In this document: piece after piece, positions 1 through 9,304 of the stretch
How positions within the stretch are numbered: the first letter of the stretch is position 1
Layout: each line of letters starts with the position of its first letter
NCBI GenBank assembly: GCA_043806015.1
Contig: JAZDHH010000007.1
Location: 115,698 to 179,697 of the forward strand
Length of the DNA stretch: 64,000 nt
Direction of reading: 5' to 3'
Source: Nanobdellota archaeon
GTDB lineage: Archaea > Nanobdellota > Nanobdellia > Woesearchaeales > JAHIVG01
Program-made: the position numbers and the translations under genes
Notes under the pieces: model-generated
Database searches by the model: none
What the model saw: only the letters and a program-made list of their open reading frames with translations
What the model was told of the DNA's origin: nothing

Positions 1-807
1 TATGAGCGTCTTGAGGAGCTGCTCGTTTTTCGCGGCTGTCGCCTTGACGACTTTGCCTTTCTTGAATTCGAGCCGCACGTCCTGCACCTCGCGGCCGCCG
101 TAGATAGCCGGGAAGGTGTACCGGATGTGGCCTTCAGTCTTTGTCTCGACCGGCCCCATGAAGACCTCGCCGTCCGGGACGTTGTGCCGGCCAGAGGAAT
201 TGATCGCTGTCCTGCCGGTGATGTCGAGCCAGATGTCCGTGTCCTCGCCAACGATGTGCACTTCCTTGCCCCTGTCGAGGATGCGCTTGAGCGGCTCATA
301 CTTCTTCGCGTGCGCGGCCCAGTCGATGTTCGTCGCCTTGAAGACGAAGTCGGTGTACTCCTCGAGCGACATGTCCGCCTCCTGCGCCAGAGCGTCGCTG
401 GGGAAGTTGAACAAGACCCACCTCGTCTTCTGCACGCGCCAATCTGATATCTCCTTGACGACCTTGCGCCTGAGCCCGATGAGGCTCGGCGCCGTGTTCG
501 ACAGTTCGCGTGTGTTCTCTGGCGCGTTGAGGTAGATGATGCAGTCTGTGCGCTTGATCTCGAAGAATTCCTCTTCAGGGAAATCCATGATCTGCGGCTT
601 CTTCGCGAGGGTATAATAGAGGAAAGCGGCGCCAGGAAGCGAGGTCCTTATCTTAGGGATCGCCCCTGCGAGCAGGCAGCGCTTGTAGCAGGCGAGCGCG
701 AGGTCCTTCGCGGCGATGTCGGTGGAGATGATGACACGCTCGCCCTTCACGACCTTGCAGCTCTGCTTCACCAGGATGTCGGCTGCCTTCTCGATCCTCG
801 GGTCCAT
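1..807 (-). CDS. M29-family aminopeptidase (AmpS/PepS-like); 5' part in the window, the rest runs off the left edge
   Basis: Minus-strand reading frame from an ATG at 805-807 to the window edge. It is not in the ORF track because it is edge-truncated. Translation begins MDPRIEKAADILVKQSCKVVKGERVII and continues ...GRHNVPDGEVFMGPVE...FKKGKVV, which matches the thermophilic metalloprotease M29 pattern. Confidence 0.6.
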   Translation of the reverse strand, partial: MDPRIEKAADILVKQSCKVVKGERVIISTDIAAKDLALACYKRCLLAGAIPKIRTSLPGAAFLYYTLAKKPQIMDFPEEEFFEIKRTDCIIYLNAPENTRELSNTAPSLIGLRRKVVKEISDWRVQKTRWVLFNFPSDALAQEADMSLEEYTDFVFKATNIDWAAHAKKYEPLKRILDRGKEVHIVGEDTDIWLDITGRTAINSSGRHNVPDGEVFMGPVETKTEGHIRYTFPAIYGGREVQDVRLEFKKGKVVKATAAKNEQLLKTLI

Positions 808-885
808 AGGATTTTATTTGGAAATGCTGTATTTAAAGGTTTGGATTCGCAAAGATTTAATAAACACGCCTTCGTCCCTATCGAC

Positions 886-1596
886 ATGCTCCCCAAATCC
901 CAGGCGCACACGCTGCGCGAGAAGGACATGGCCTTCACGAGGAAGGCCCTCATCGATTCCGTGACACCGGACCAGCTCATCATCCAGGCCTTGTACAGCG
1001 CTGACGAGCTCGCCAAGGCGCTCAACGCGCTGGCCGGTCGCGTCCGTGGCTGGTACTGCCTCGCCCATCCTGAGCTCGAGCACGACGTAGAGGACAACGA
1101 GGCGTTCCTCAAGGCCCTGCTCGACGACCATAAGAAGAGCCAGATGGGCGCGACGCTCGCGGAGCACGACCTGAAAGAGGTCAGGGCGCTGGCCAAGGAC
1201 TGCCTGCAGCTCTTCGCCCGACTGAATTCGCTACAGCAGTACATCGAGCAGATGATGGCCAAGCACCTTCCCAACGCCACTATCATTGCCGGTGCCACCA
1301 TCGGCGCCAGGCTCCTCGCCCAGGCAGGCTCGCTCAAGAGCCTCGCCATGATGCCCGCGAACACCATCCAGCTACTCGGCGCTGAGAAAGCCCTGTTCCG
1401 GCACATGCGCAACAAGCGCGCGCTGCCGCCGAAGTACGGCATCCTGCATGAGCATCCGCTCATCCAGAAGTCCAGGGTGAAGGGAAAAACAGCCCGCATG
1501 ATCGCTGACAAGCTGGCTATCGCCGCCAAGGTCGACTATTTCAAGGGAGAGCCCATCGGGGCCAAGCTGCTCAAGGAGATCGAGGCGCGATCATGA
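886..1596 (+). CDS. Nop5/Nop56/58 family protein, NOP domain only (short form)
   Basis: The C-terminal NOP-domain motifs are present: ...IAGATIGARLLAQAGSLKSLAMMPANTIQLLGAEKALFRH...KYGILHEHPLIQ. The ORF track starts at a TTG at 841; the first in-frame ATG is at 886, about 55 nt downstream of a TATA-like tatttaaa. Its stop overlaps the fibrillarin start as ATGA at 1593. Confidence 0.75.
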   Translation: MLPKSQAHTLREKDMAFTRKALIDSVTPDQLIIQALYSADELAKALNALAGRVRGWYCLAHPELEHDVEDNEAFLKALLDDHKKSQMGATLAEHDLKEVRALAKDCLQLFARLNSLQQYIEQMMAKHLPNATIIAGATIGARLLAQAGSLKSLAMMPANTIQLLGAEKALFRHMRNKRALPPKYGILHEHPLIQKSRVKGKTARMIADKLAIAAKVDYFKGEPIGAKLLKEIEARS

Positions 1597-2516
1597 ACCA
1601 GCGGTTCGAAAGGGGAAGGAAGACGTACCATCGCGCTCATGAGTCCCGTCGTGTTCCGTTTTCGGCTCGGCCATCCTCACCGTCGGCTCGCCCACGCCAG
1701 GAGTCTGAATCCCGCAGCGGACGGCCAGAGAGGTTTGTGCCTCGCGACCGTGTTCCGAGTGGTGTTATGGCTTCACACAGAGCCACGCCTCCAGGCCCTG
1801 ACCGAGGGTGGCCTCGATCGAGCCCGAACTCCGCGATGCCGGAGCGGTCATTCCTCCGCCAGCGCTCCCAGGCCATCTTTCAGGACGGCCGCCGCCTTTT
1901 CACCAGAAGCATCATCCCTGAAGGCATCCAGCGGGAGGGCATGTGGCTCCGCGATTGGGACCCTCGGCACAGCAAGCTCGCTGCCGCTATCCTGAAGGGA
2001 GCGGAGCAGATCGGCCTGCGCGAGCATGACATTGTGTTGTACCTCGGTGCGTCCACAGGCACGACGGCTTCCCATGTCTCCGACATCGTCGGCAACCGCG
2101 GCTTCGTCTTCGCCCTGGACTGCGCCCCGCGAGTCATCCGAGACCTGGTCTTCGTCTGTGAAAGGCGGAAGAACATGACACCGATCCTTGCGGATGCTGC
2201 CCAGCCGGACACCTTTGCCGAGCGCGTCACCATGGTCGACTATGTGTACCAGGACATCGCCCAGCGCGACCAGGCGCGCATCTTTCTCCTGAACTGCAGC
2301 CGCTTCCTCGAGATAGGCGGCTTCGCCGCGCTCTGCGTCAAGGCCCGCTCCATCGACGTGGCGCGGCATCCGAGGGAGATCTTCCTCGAGACCCGCAAGC
2401 TGCTCGAGGAGCACCTCACCATCGTCGACAGCCGCGAGCTGGAGCCATTTGAGCGGGACCACTGCATCTTCTTCTGCAAGAAGACGAGAGCTTTCACGAT
2501 AGGAACCTTTATATAG
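1593..2516 (+). CDS. flpA: Fibrillarin (rRNA/tRNA 2'-O-methyltransferase) with an N-terminal extension of about 85 aa rich in Arg/Ser/Pro
   Basis: The core reads ...LFTRSIIPEGIQREGMWLRDWDPRHSKLAAAILKG...IVLYLGASTGTTASHVSDIVG...FALDCAPR...ILADAAQP. The ATG overlaps the nop5 stop. An alternative internal ATG lies at about 1836. Confidence 0.9.
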   Translation: MNQRFERGRKTYHRAHESRRVPFSARPSSPSARPRQESESRSGRPERFVPRDRVPSGVMASHRATPPGPDRGWPRSSPNSAMPERSFLRQRSQAIFQDGRRLFTRSIIPEGIQREGMWLRDWDPRHSKLAAAILKGAEQIGLREHDIVLYLGASTGTTASHVSDIVGNRGFVFALDCAPRVIRDLVFVCERRKNMTPILADAAQPDTFAERVTMVDYVYQDIAQRDQARIFLLNCSRFLEIGGFAALCVKARSIDVARHPREIFLETRKLLEEHLTIVDSRELEPFERDHCIFFCKKTRAFTIGTFI

Positions 2517-2535
2517 TAATTAGCACTATTAAGGA

Positions 2536-3387
2536 GTGAAAATGGTTGACGTGCAATCAAGATATTTAAATGCGATCCAGGCAGTAATGATCGATGTATT
2601 AAAGCTCGGAGCGCCTGAAATAAAACAGGTATATCGGGAATTGAAGGCTAATCCCGCGCTTCGCCATGCTAATCGCATGGAATTAGTGACCGATTGCGAA
2701 GACAGGGTGAACAATATTCTATTTGGTGAGTTCAGACAAAGGTTGCCTGACCTGTCTATCGTCTCTGAGCACGGGAACCCGTATAAAGTTGATGGCAGTG
2801 GGATGATCACCTTTGATCCCATCGATGGCACGAAAAACCTCGAGGAAAGGACGACGCCCTTTGTAATGGGAGCATCTTATGCTCAAAACTCTGTGCCATT
2901 GGCAGGAGTCATCCTCAATCCCATGAACGGGGATCTTATGACCGCAATCAGGAATGAGGGGGCATTTTTCAATGGTGTTAGGATTCGTGTCACTGATTCT
3001 GACGATTTTTCCAAATTTCAAGTGCATTATCATCTGCCTGAAACCGACACGGAGGCTCGTGAACTTACTCGCATGGTTATTGAGCACTTTCCCTGGCGGG
3101 CGAGTAGGGCCATGGGATCGAGCTTGTCTTCCTTGATGAAGATAGCTTGCGGATCGAATATCATTTATGTAACCTTCCGTATCAAACCCCACGATTGTGA
3201 AGCAGGTGTTGTGGGTGTTTGGGAAGCGGGGGGTTTTTGCAAGAACGCCTATCAGGAGGAGTGGTCACGTGAGAATAGGACCTTGTTCGCTGGCCCCGTG
3301 GTTTCTGCAATCATGAACCGCCTTTTAACGAGAGTCCACGATGTTGTCCTTTATCAATCTTCCTATGGCGACGGACAGCGGACATGA
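2536..3387 (+). CDS. Inositol monophosphatase / FBPase family protein
   Basis: Contains a DPIDGT motif and a WEAGG motif. The gene sits in a low-GC islet (about 45% GC) between genes of about 62% GC. Confidence 0.8.
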   Translation: MKMVDVQSRYLNAIQAVMIDVLKLGAPEIKQVYRELKANPALRHANRMELVTDCEDRVNNILFGEFRQRLPDLSIVSEHGNPYKVDGSGMITFDPIDGTKNLEERTTPFVMGASYAQNSVPLAGVILNPMNGDLMTAIRNEGAFFNGVRIRVTDSDDFSKFQVHYHLPETDTEARELTRMVIEHFPWRASRAMGSSLSSLMKIACGSNIIYVTFRIKPHDCEAGVVGVWEAGGFCKNAYQEEWSRENRTLFAGPVVSAIMNRLLTRVHDVVLYQSSYGDGQRT

Positions 3388-3436
3388 GGGCTTAAAATCA
3401 GAAGCCTAATAAACCAGAGTCATGCATTAGGCCGTC

Positions 3437-4702
3437 ATGGATTTGTTCCATCATCTGAACCGCAACCACGGCCTGCTCAAGCACACGCTCGTGCTCTCGG
3501 TCACCTCGGTCATCGGCCTGCTGTTCAATTATCTCTTCTACGCCTTCATCGGCCGCAGTCTCAGCCCCGAGGATTATAGCGTCTTCGCCTCGCTCCAGTC
3601 CTTCTTCTTCATCTTCTTCGTCCTCGGCACCATCATGAACGTTGTCCTCATACAGTTCATTTCCTACTTCGAGAGCAGGCAGCAGCAGGGCAAGACCAGG
3701 CAGCTGTTCCAGTACATCCTGCGCGCCTCCATCCTGATCGGCATCGCCATCATCCTCGTCTTCGCCTTCGCCAGCCACTGGATCGCCCAGGCCCTGGACC
3801 TGCCGACTTCCTCCGTCTTGCCGATCTTCTTCCTCGGCCTGCAGATCGCGACCTATCTGCTGCTCTCCGGCATCTACGGCATGATGATGGCATTGCAGCG
3901 CTTCCTGCACCTCGGCATCAACCGCATCCTGGTCTCGGTGTTCGTGCTTCTTGTCGGCATCGCCTTCCTCGGACTCGGCCTTTCGGTCACGGGCATCATG
4001 CTCGCATTTGTCCTCGGCAACCTGGTCGGCACACCTTCGGGAATGCGCTTCCTCAAGCCGGTGTTCGCGGTCAAGCACATGCCCATAGGCGCAGTCAACA
4101 TCCGCAAGGCTGTGTGGATGGGCGTGCTGTTCTCCCTGAGCATCGGCGTGCTGGCGAACATCGATGTCATCCTGGCCAAGCTGTTCCTGCCTATCACTCA
4201 GGCAGGATATTATGCCGCAGCCGCCTTCATGGGCAAGGTCGTCTTCTTCATCTCCATGTCCCTCGCTGTCGTGATGTTCCCCAAGGTCGCGGGCCTCATG
4301 AATGAAGGAAAGCCGAGCACGCATCTCCTCAAGGAGACCCTCAAGTACATGGCCATCATCTCCCTGCCCCTCATCCTCATCGCCTTCTTGTTCCCCTACG
4401 AGATGGGCCGCATCCTGTTCGGCGCCGAGTTCGCGATCGCGCCGTTCATGGGGCTGTCGCTGCTCGCCTTCTCGCTCCTGGCCTTCAGCAGCATCGTGCT
4501 GCTCTACCTGCTCGCCATCGGCATCCACTCGGCCTGGAAGCGGCTGCTCGGCGCCATCGTCCTCGAAGCGCTGCTCATCTCGCTGTTCCATGGCTCGGAA
4601 GCCATGATCCTCCTCGACGTTGTCGCCGCGAACGTGGTGCTCCTCTTCGCGCTTGTGCACAAGAACTGGCCGATATTCGTGCAGACGTTCAAGCGGGATT
4701 AG
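3437..4702 (+). CDS. Polysaccharide biosynthesis / oligosaccharide flippase (PST/Wzx, MATE-like) membrane protein
   Basis: A 421-aa protein that is hydrophobic throughout, consistent with a 12+ TM flippase-like topology. Confidence 0.55.
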   Translation: MDLFHHLNRNHGLLKHTLVLSVTSVIGLLFNYLFYAFIGRSLSPEDYSVFASLQSFFFIFFVLGTIMNVVLIQFISYFESRQQQGKTRQLFQYILRASILIGIAIILVFAFASHWIAQALDLPTSSVLPIFFLGLQIATYLLLSGIYGMMMALQRFLHLGINRILVSVFVLLVGIAFLGLGLSVTGIMLAFVLGNLVGTPSGMRFLKPVFAVKHMPIGAVNIRKAVWMGVLFSLSIGVLANIDVILAKLFLPITQAGYYAAAAFMGKVVFFISMSLAVVMFPKVAGLMNEGKPSTHLLKETLKYMAIISLPLILIAFLFPYEMGRILFGAEFAIAPFMGLSLLAFSLLAFSSIVLLYLLAIGIHSAWKRLLGAIVLEALLISLFHGSEAMILLDVVAANVVLLFALVHKNWPIFVQTFKRD

Positions 4703-5736
4703 ACCTTCTTCAATTCCTCATCTATGATCGTCTGGAACGTGCGGAACGGCTTCGGCCCGGTGACCTTGCGGCCGTTGATGAAGAAGGTGGGGGTGCCTTG
4801 CACGCCGGCGTGCACGCCCATGAGGGTGTCCGCCTCGACCGCGGCCTTGTATCTCTGGCTCGCCATGCATTCCCCGAACCGGGCGGTGTCGAGGCCGGCC
4901 TGCTGCGCTAAAGCCAGGAACGAGCTGTTGGTGAGCGTTTCAAGGTTCTGGAACAGGAGCTTCGCGAACGCTTCAAACTTTCCCTGCTCGTTCGCGCAGT
5001 CGGAGGCGAGCGAGCTCTCGTAGCTCAGCGCGTGGTTGGGGATGAAGAAGGTCTTGAACTGCAGGTTGACCTTGCCGCTATAATGCGCGAGCACCTCTGC
5101 TATCACCGGCTCTGCCTTCTTGGTCCATTCGCAGCTGAAGCAGCCGAACTCGATGATGGTGAGCCTTGCCTGCGGATCGCCGACGATCGGGTCGTCAGCT
5201 TCCAGCCGCGGCAAGGTGAAGTTGTAGCCGGCCTGCGAGTCGAGGGGGAATTGGTCCTGGTCGCAGGTCGAGATGCCGCTCTGCTCGCCCAGGGGATCGA
5301 AGATGCAGATGCCGTTGCTGTCCGGGCCATTGCAGTTGCCATATTCGATATAGTTATAGATGCCGATGCCGCTCCATACGATGCTTCCCAGGAAGAGCAG
5401 GAAGAACGCCCAGGAGAAGGCTTTGTAGTTCCTGAAGAAGAACCCGCCCACTTTGGGGCTGAAGCGGAAGATCTTGCCCGTGAGGTTCGCCTTGATGCGG
5501 TCGTCCAGCTTGGCGCCGCAGGGCTTGAACTGCACGGTGCTGAAGAGGCAGTCCAGCGCGTCAATGGTCAGCTGCCGGTACCTGATGCTGAAGATGCTCA
5601 GCAGCGCGAAGACCGGCAATGCGATGAGGCAGAGGACCATGCCCAGTGCTGTGACGATAAGGTATTTAAAGATTGCTTTTGTTTCCAGCAGCGTTGCAGC
5701 AACGCTTATTAAGAAGCGGGCGCGGCATGGCAGCAA
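4699..5736 (-). CDS. Membrane-anchored DsbA-like thioredoxin-fold protein
   Basis: N-terminal TM helices followed by a CxxC motif (FGCFSCEW) and a ...GVQGTPTFFINGRKV signature typical of the DsbA family. The true start may be an internal Met near 5640. Confidence 0.7.
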   Translation of the reverse strand: MLPCRARFLISVAATLLETKAIFKYLIVTALGMVLCLIALPVFALLSIFSIRYRQLTIDALDCLFSTVQFKPCGAKLDDRIKANLTGKIFRFSPKVGGFFFRNYKAFSWAFFLLFLGSIVWSGIGIYNYIEYGNCNGPDSNGICIFDPLGEQSGISTCDQDQFPLDSQAGYNFTLPRLEADDPIVGDPQARLTIIEFGCFSCEWTKKAEPVIAEVLAHYSGKVNLQFKTFFIPNHALSYESSLASDCANEQGKFEAFAKLLFQNLETLTNSSFLALAQQAGLDTARFGECMASQRYKAAVEADTLMGVHAGVQGTPTFFINGRKVTGPKPFRTFQTIIDEELKKV

Positions 5737-6134
5737 TGAGAACGGAGCGCCTCTTCCTCGCCTTCACCGTCGCCCTCGCCTGGGTCGTCATCGCCCGGGA
5801 CTGGTACGACTACGGCTGGGGCCCTGCAGGGATCCTTTTCCCGCTCCTCGCCTGGAGCGCCTGCCTTTTCCTGCTTAGCTTCGGCCTGCACCTCAGACTC
5901 AGGCCGTGGCCTAGGATGGCCGTGATCTTCCTTTGCTACTGGATCCTTCTTATCGGGATTGAGACCTTTGGCTATCATGCGCTCGGCGTAAGGAACCTGC
6001 GCACCATCGGATATCCAGGCCTGCCGCTCTGCGACTGCCTGCACGCTCCGCTGTTCATGCAAGCCGCCTACTTTGCGCTCGGCCCTGCCTATATCCTACT
6101 GCTCCACATCGCCGAACCCAAAAACCTTAAATAA
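5727..6134 (+). CDS. Small multi-pass membrane protein, unknown function
   Basis: ORF with hydrophobic segments. The start was chosen at MAAMR to avoid overlap with the upstream gene. Confidence 0.35.
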   Translation: MAAMRTERLFLAFTVALAWVVIARDWYDYGWGPAGILFPLLAWSACLFLLSFGLHLRLRPWPRMAVIFLCYWILLIGIETFGYHALGVRNLRTIGYPGLPLCDCLHAPLFMQAAYFALGPAYILLLHIAEPKNLK

Positions 6135-6143
6135 CCGAGAGCC

Positions 6144-7544
6144 GTGACAGAAGCCATGGCGCTGCAGTTCTTCAACACGCTCACCCGGAAAAAGGAGGAG
6201 TTCAAGCCGCTGCATGCCGGCAAGGTCTCCATCTACAGCTGCGGCCCGACCGTCTACAACCTGCCGCACATCGGCAACTGGCGCTCCTTCCTGTTCGCGG
6301 ACCTCCTGCGCCGCTACCTGGCCTGGAAGGGCCTCAAGGTGACGCAGGTCATGAACCTCACAGACGTCGACGATAAGAGCATCGCGAACTCGAAGAAAGA
6401 GGGTATTCCCCTTGCTGAGTTCACGAAGCGGTACGCTGACGCCTTCTTCAAGGACGCCAATGCCCTGAACATCCTTCCTGCTGACCGCTATCCTCGGGCG
6501 ACCGAGCACATCAAGGAAATGCAGGCGTTGATACAGAAGCTGCTTGACCATGGCTTTGCGTACAAGAGCGACGATGGCTCGGTCTATTTTTCTATCATAA
6601 AATTCAAGGAATACGGCAGGCTTGCACATCTCAACCGGGAAGCCCTGAAGCCGGGCGGCCGCGTGCTCAAGGACGAGTATGAGAAGGGGCATGCCCATGA
6701 TTTCGCCCTGTGGAAGGCCGCGGGAGACGGCGACGTCGCCTGGGACGCCCCGTTCGGCAAGGGCAGGCCGGGCTGGCACATCGAGTGCAGCGCCATGAGC
6801 CAGAAATACCTCGGCGACAGCTTCGACATCCACACCGGCGGCGTTGACCTCATCTTCCCTCATCATGAGAACGAGATCGCCCAGAGCGAGGCCGCGACAG
6901 GCAAACGCTTTGTGAGATACTGGCTCCACAGCGAGCACCTCCTTGTCGACGGCAAGAAGATGGCAAAAAGCCTGGGCAACTTCTACACGCTCGAGGATGT
7001 CATGGCAAAGGGCTATGGCGCCAAGGCGGTGCGCTATTTCCTGCTCGCCACCCACTACCGGCAGCAGCTCAACTTCACCTTCTCCGGCCTCGACGCCGCA
7101 AAGAACACGGTCGCCAAGCTCGAGGACTTCATGCGCCGTCTCAAAGAGCAGGCAGGCCCGGGCAAAGCATCTGCGAAGGTGATCGGCCTCATCGCCAAGG
7201 CAAAGGAAGGATTCTCGGCATGCATGGACGACGACCTCGGCGTCAGCGAGGCGCTCGCGGCAGTGTTCGCGTTCATCTCGCAAGTCAACAGCCTCGAGCT
7301 TTCGCCGGGCGATGCGAAGGCGGCGCTGGAATTCATGCACAGCCTCGACCAGGTGCTCGGCGTTCTTTCAGTCGAGGAGAGTGAGGAGCTTCCGAAGGAG
7401 ATCGAGCATCTCATCAAGGAGCGCGAGCTCGCGAGGAAGAAGGGCGATTTCAAGACTTCTGACTTGCTGCGAGCCAAGCTGCTCGAGAAGGGCATCCGGG
7501 TGGATGACACCAAGCAAGGCACGCGGTGGAAGCGGGTTTCTTAG
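6144..7544 (+). CDS. cysS: Cysteinyl-tRNA synthetase
   Basis: Contains the HIGN (HIGH-type) motif, ...WHIECSAM..., the KMAKS (KMSKS-type) motif and PTVYN. Confidence 0.95.
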   Translation: MTEAMALQFFNTLTRKKEEFKPLHAGKVSIYSCGPTVYNLPHIGNWRSFLFADLLRRYLAWKGLKVTQVMNLTDVDDKSIANSKKEGIPLAEFTKRYADAFFKDANALNILPADRYPRATEHIKEMQALIQKLLDHGFAYKSDDGSVYFSIIKFKEYGRLAHLNREALKPGGRVLKDEYEKGHAHDFALWKAAGDGDVAWDAPFGKGRPGWHIECSAMSQKYLGDSFDIHTGGVDLIFPHHENEIAQSEAATGKRFVRYWLHSEHLLVDGKKMAKSLGNFYTLEDVMAKGYGAKAVRYFLLATHYRQQLNFTFSGLDAAKNTVAKLEDFMRRLKEQAGPGKASAKVIGLIAKAKEGFSACMDDDLGVSEALAAVFAFISQVNSLELSPGDAKAALEFMHSLDQVLGVLSVEESEELPKEIEHLIKERELARKKGDFKTSDLLRAKLLEKGIRVDDTKQGTRWKRVS

Positions 7545-7563
7545 TTGCTCAAGCGGTGAATAG

Positions 7564-8232
7564 CTAATGCTGTAGATGCTCGAGGAGATGCCCTTCATCT
7601 CTCAAAGGATCATCTCGATAGCCGCCAGACAAGACGTTGCGTTCGACATCTTTCCCCACGCGCCAACCAACTTGATGTGAGCCGGAGCCTGTGTTTGCCA
7701 AAGCGTACTCAACTAATGCAGGAGCGATTCCCGAAGCAATGAGCGCTTGCCTCAGTCTTGCGGTTCCAGGAAGCTTGGGCGTCGGAGTGTAGCCGACTGG
7801 CTCGAGGGAGGGGTGCATGCCGAGCGCCATTGCTTGCGCCTCAGCGAATGTTTGCTCGACAACATCCGAGACTTCATCTCTTCGCGGGGTTATTCCTTCT
7901 TCTGTTCTTATTGTCCAGAGAGCCTGCATAAGGGCGCTGGTTTCCTGTTGTTCGATTAGCCTGAAAAGGGTACCATAGTGAGCCACGGATAGAAGGTCCA
8001 TCGCGTCGTCAGCTGAGAAGTCCGGATGGCCTGCGTGCCGCATGCGGGTATAGAGGCGAACAGCCTGAGAGGCGACGTCTGGATGCAGTTGCTCGAATCG
8101 GCTCCTTGCGGCGCCAGGATCAGTTCCTGAGGCGAGGAACCTGTTGATGTAGCCTGGAGCGATAAAGCCGTATCGTTCTGCGTTGACAGATTGCCCGGGA
8201 AACGCGCCCAAATCTTGGTTTGGAATACCCAT
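7564..8232 (-). CDS. Hypothetical protein
   Basis: Intact 222-aa ORF with no recognisable motif. Confidence 0.35.
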   Translation of the reverse strand: MGIPNQDLGAFPGQSVNAERYGFIAPGYINRFLASGTDPGAARSRFEQLHPDVASQAVRLYTRMRHAGHPDFSADDAMDLLSVAHYGTLFRLIEQQETSALMQALWTIRTEEGITPRRDEVSDVVEQTFAEAQAMALGMHPSLEPVGYTPTPKLPGTARLRQALIASGIAPALVEYALANTGSGSHQVGWRVGKDVERNVLSGGYRDDPLRDEGHLLEHLQH

Positions 8233-8299
8233 CTTTCACTTCACCCCTCATCGAGGACAATTATATAAACTATAAAGATTTTAGAGTAGCCGCACCTAT

Positions 8300-9304
8300 T
8301 TAAGCCTTGCGAATTTTCGCCATCTCGAGAGACACCTTGGTGAGCGTCTTCATACCGAGGACAACATCGTCCTCCAGCCGGATGCCGAAGCCTTTCGTGT
8401 AATAGCCCGGCTCGACGGCGAGGGTCATGCCTTCCTTGAGCCGCTCCTTGCTCTTGCCGCCCAGCCGCGGCGCCTCATGCACCTCTAAGCCGATGCCGTG
8501 CCCAAGACTGTGGATGAGATGTTTGCCGAGCCGCTGCTTGGCGTGGAGGTAAGGCTCAGCAGCTTTGCGATTTGGCGTCAGCATGGCCTTGCTTTCCTCG
8601 AGCACACTGCGGACAATCGAATATGCCTCTCGCTCTTTTTTCCCGACCGCGCCGACAAAGGCCGTCCGGGTCATGTCCGAGCAGTAGCCTTTGTGCCGCA
8701 CGCCGAAGTCGAGGATGCAAGGGCCATTGAGCAGCTTGCCGCTGCCTTCGTAATGCGGAAGCCTCCCATGCCAGCCTGACGCCACAATGGGCTCGAAGCT
8801 CGGGACGCATCCTTGCTCGTAGATCTTCTCCACAATCTCTGCCTTGAGCTCTGCTTCGTCATCGAAATCGTCCGCGAGGATCTCTTCATAGACATTGTCG
8901 CCGACCCTGCAAGCCTTCGCGATTCGGGAAATCTCTTCCTCGGTCTTTGTGGACCTGAGCTCTTGGATGATCTTGCTGACGTCGACGAACCGTGCCTTTG
9001 TCTTTTTCCTGAGGCGACGCGATGCTCCGATAGGCACTGTTGAGAAGTTCAGGCCGATGACCTTTGCGTGTGGCAGATCATCAAAGAACCCTCGTTTCAT
9101 GAGCACAGGCTTGATTCTCGCTTTCTGCGCGCGTGCCAGCTCCATCTCAGAAACACGCAGCCACGCATCCTTCGCCTGGACGCAGACGAGCGCGGCTTCT
9201 GCGGAGAAATCAGAAAAATAGCGGACTGCAGGGTCTTGGCCGAAGAAGAGGCAGCAGCCGATGCCTTTTTCCTTCATCACCTTCTGTAATTCGAGGAGTC
9301 TCAT
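8300..9304 (-). CDS. M24-family Xaa-Pro aminopeptidase/dipeptidase
   Basis: Contains the HSLGHGIGLEVHE metal-binding motif of the M24 'pita-bread' fold. Confidence 0.85.
   Translation of the reverse strand: MRLLELQKVMKEKGIGCCLFFGQDPAVRYFSDFSAEAALVCVQAKDAWLRVSEMELARAQKARIKPVLMKRGFFDDLPHAKVIGLNFSTVPIGASRRLRKKTKARFVDVSKIIQELRSTKTEEEISRIAKACRVGDNVYEEILADDFDDEAELKAEIVEKIYEQGCVPSFEPIVASGWHGRLPHYEGSGKLLNGPCILDFGVRHKGYCSDMTRTAFVGAVGKKEREAYSIVRSVLEESKAMLTPNRKAAEPYLHAKQRLGKHLIHSLGHGIGLEVHEAPRLGGKSKERLKEGMTLAVEPGYYTKGFGIRLEDDVVLGMKTLTKVSLEMAKIRKA

Noticed and set aside
116-535. Plus-strand ORFs at the left edge (116-535 and 127-447).
   Set aside because: They lie antisense to the well-supported M29 aminopeptidase reading frame that runs off the window edge.
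3398-4660. Long antisense ORFs opposite real genes. Examples are the 420-aa acidic 'protein' opposite the flippase, 5032-5712 opposite the DsbA-like gene, 6096-7340 opposite cysS, 14146-15225 opposite the ABC1 kinase, 23529-24071 opposite pyrG, 32707-33954 opposite the FtsX permease, 38102-39214 opposite the hydrogenase and 55504-56574 opposite the pilin-like gene.
   Set aside because: High GC suppresses stop codons on the antisense strand. The translations are low-complexity (Asp/Glu/Arg/Gly/Ala-rich) with no motifs, while the sense-strand genes have clear family signatures.
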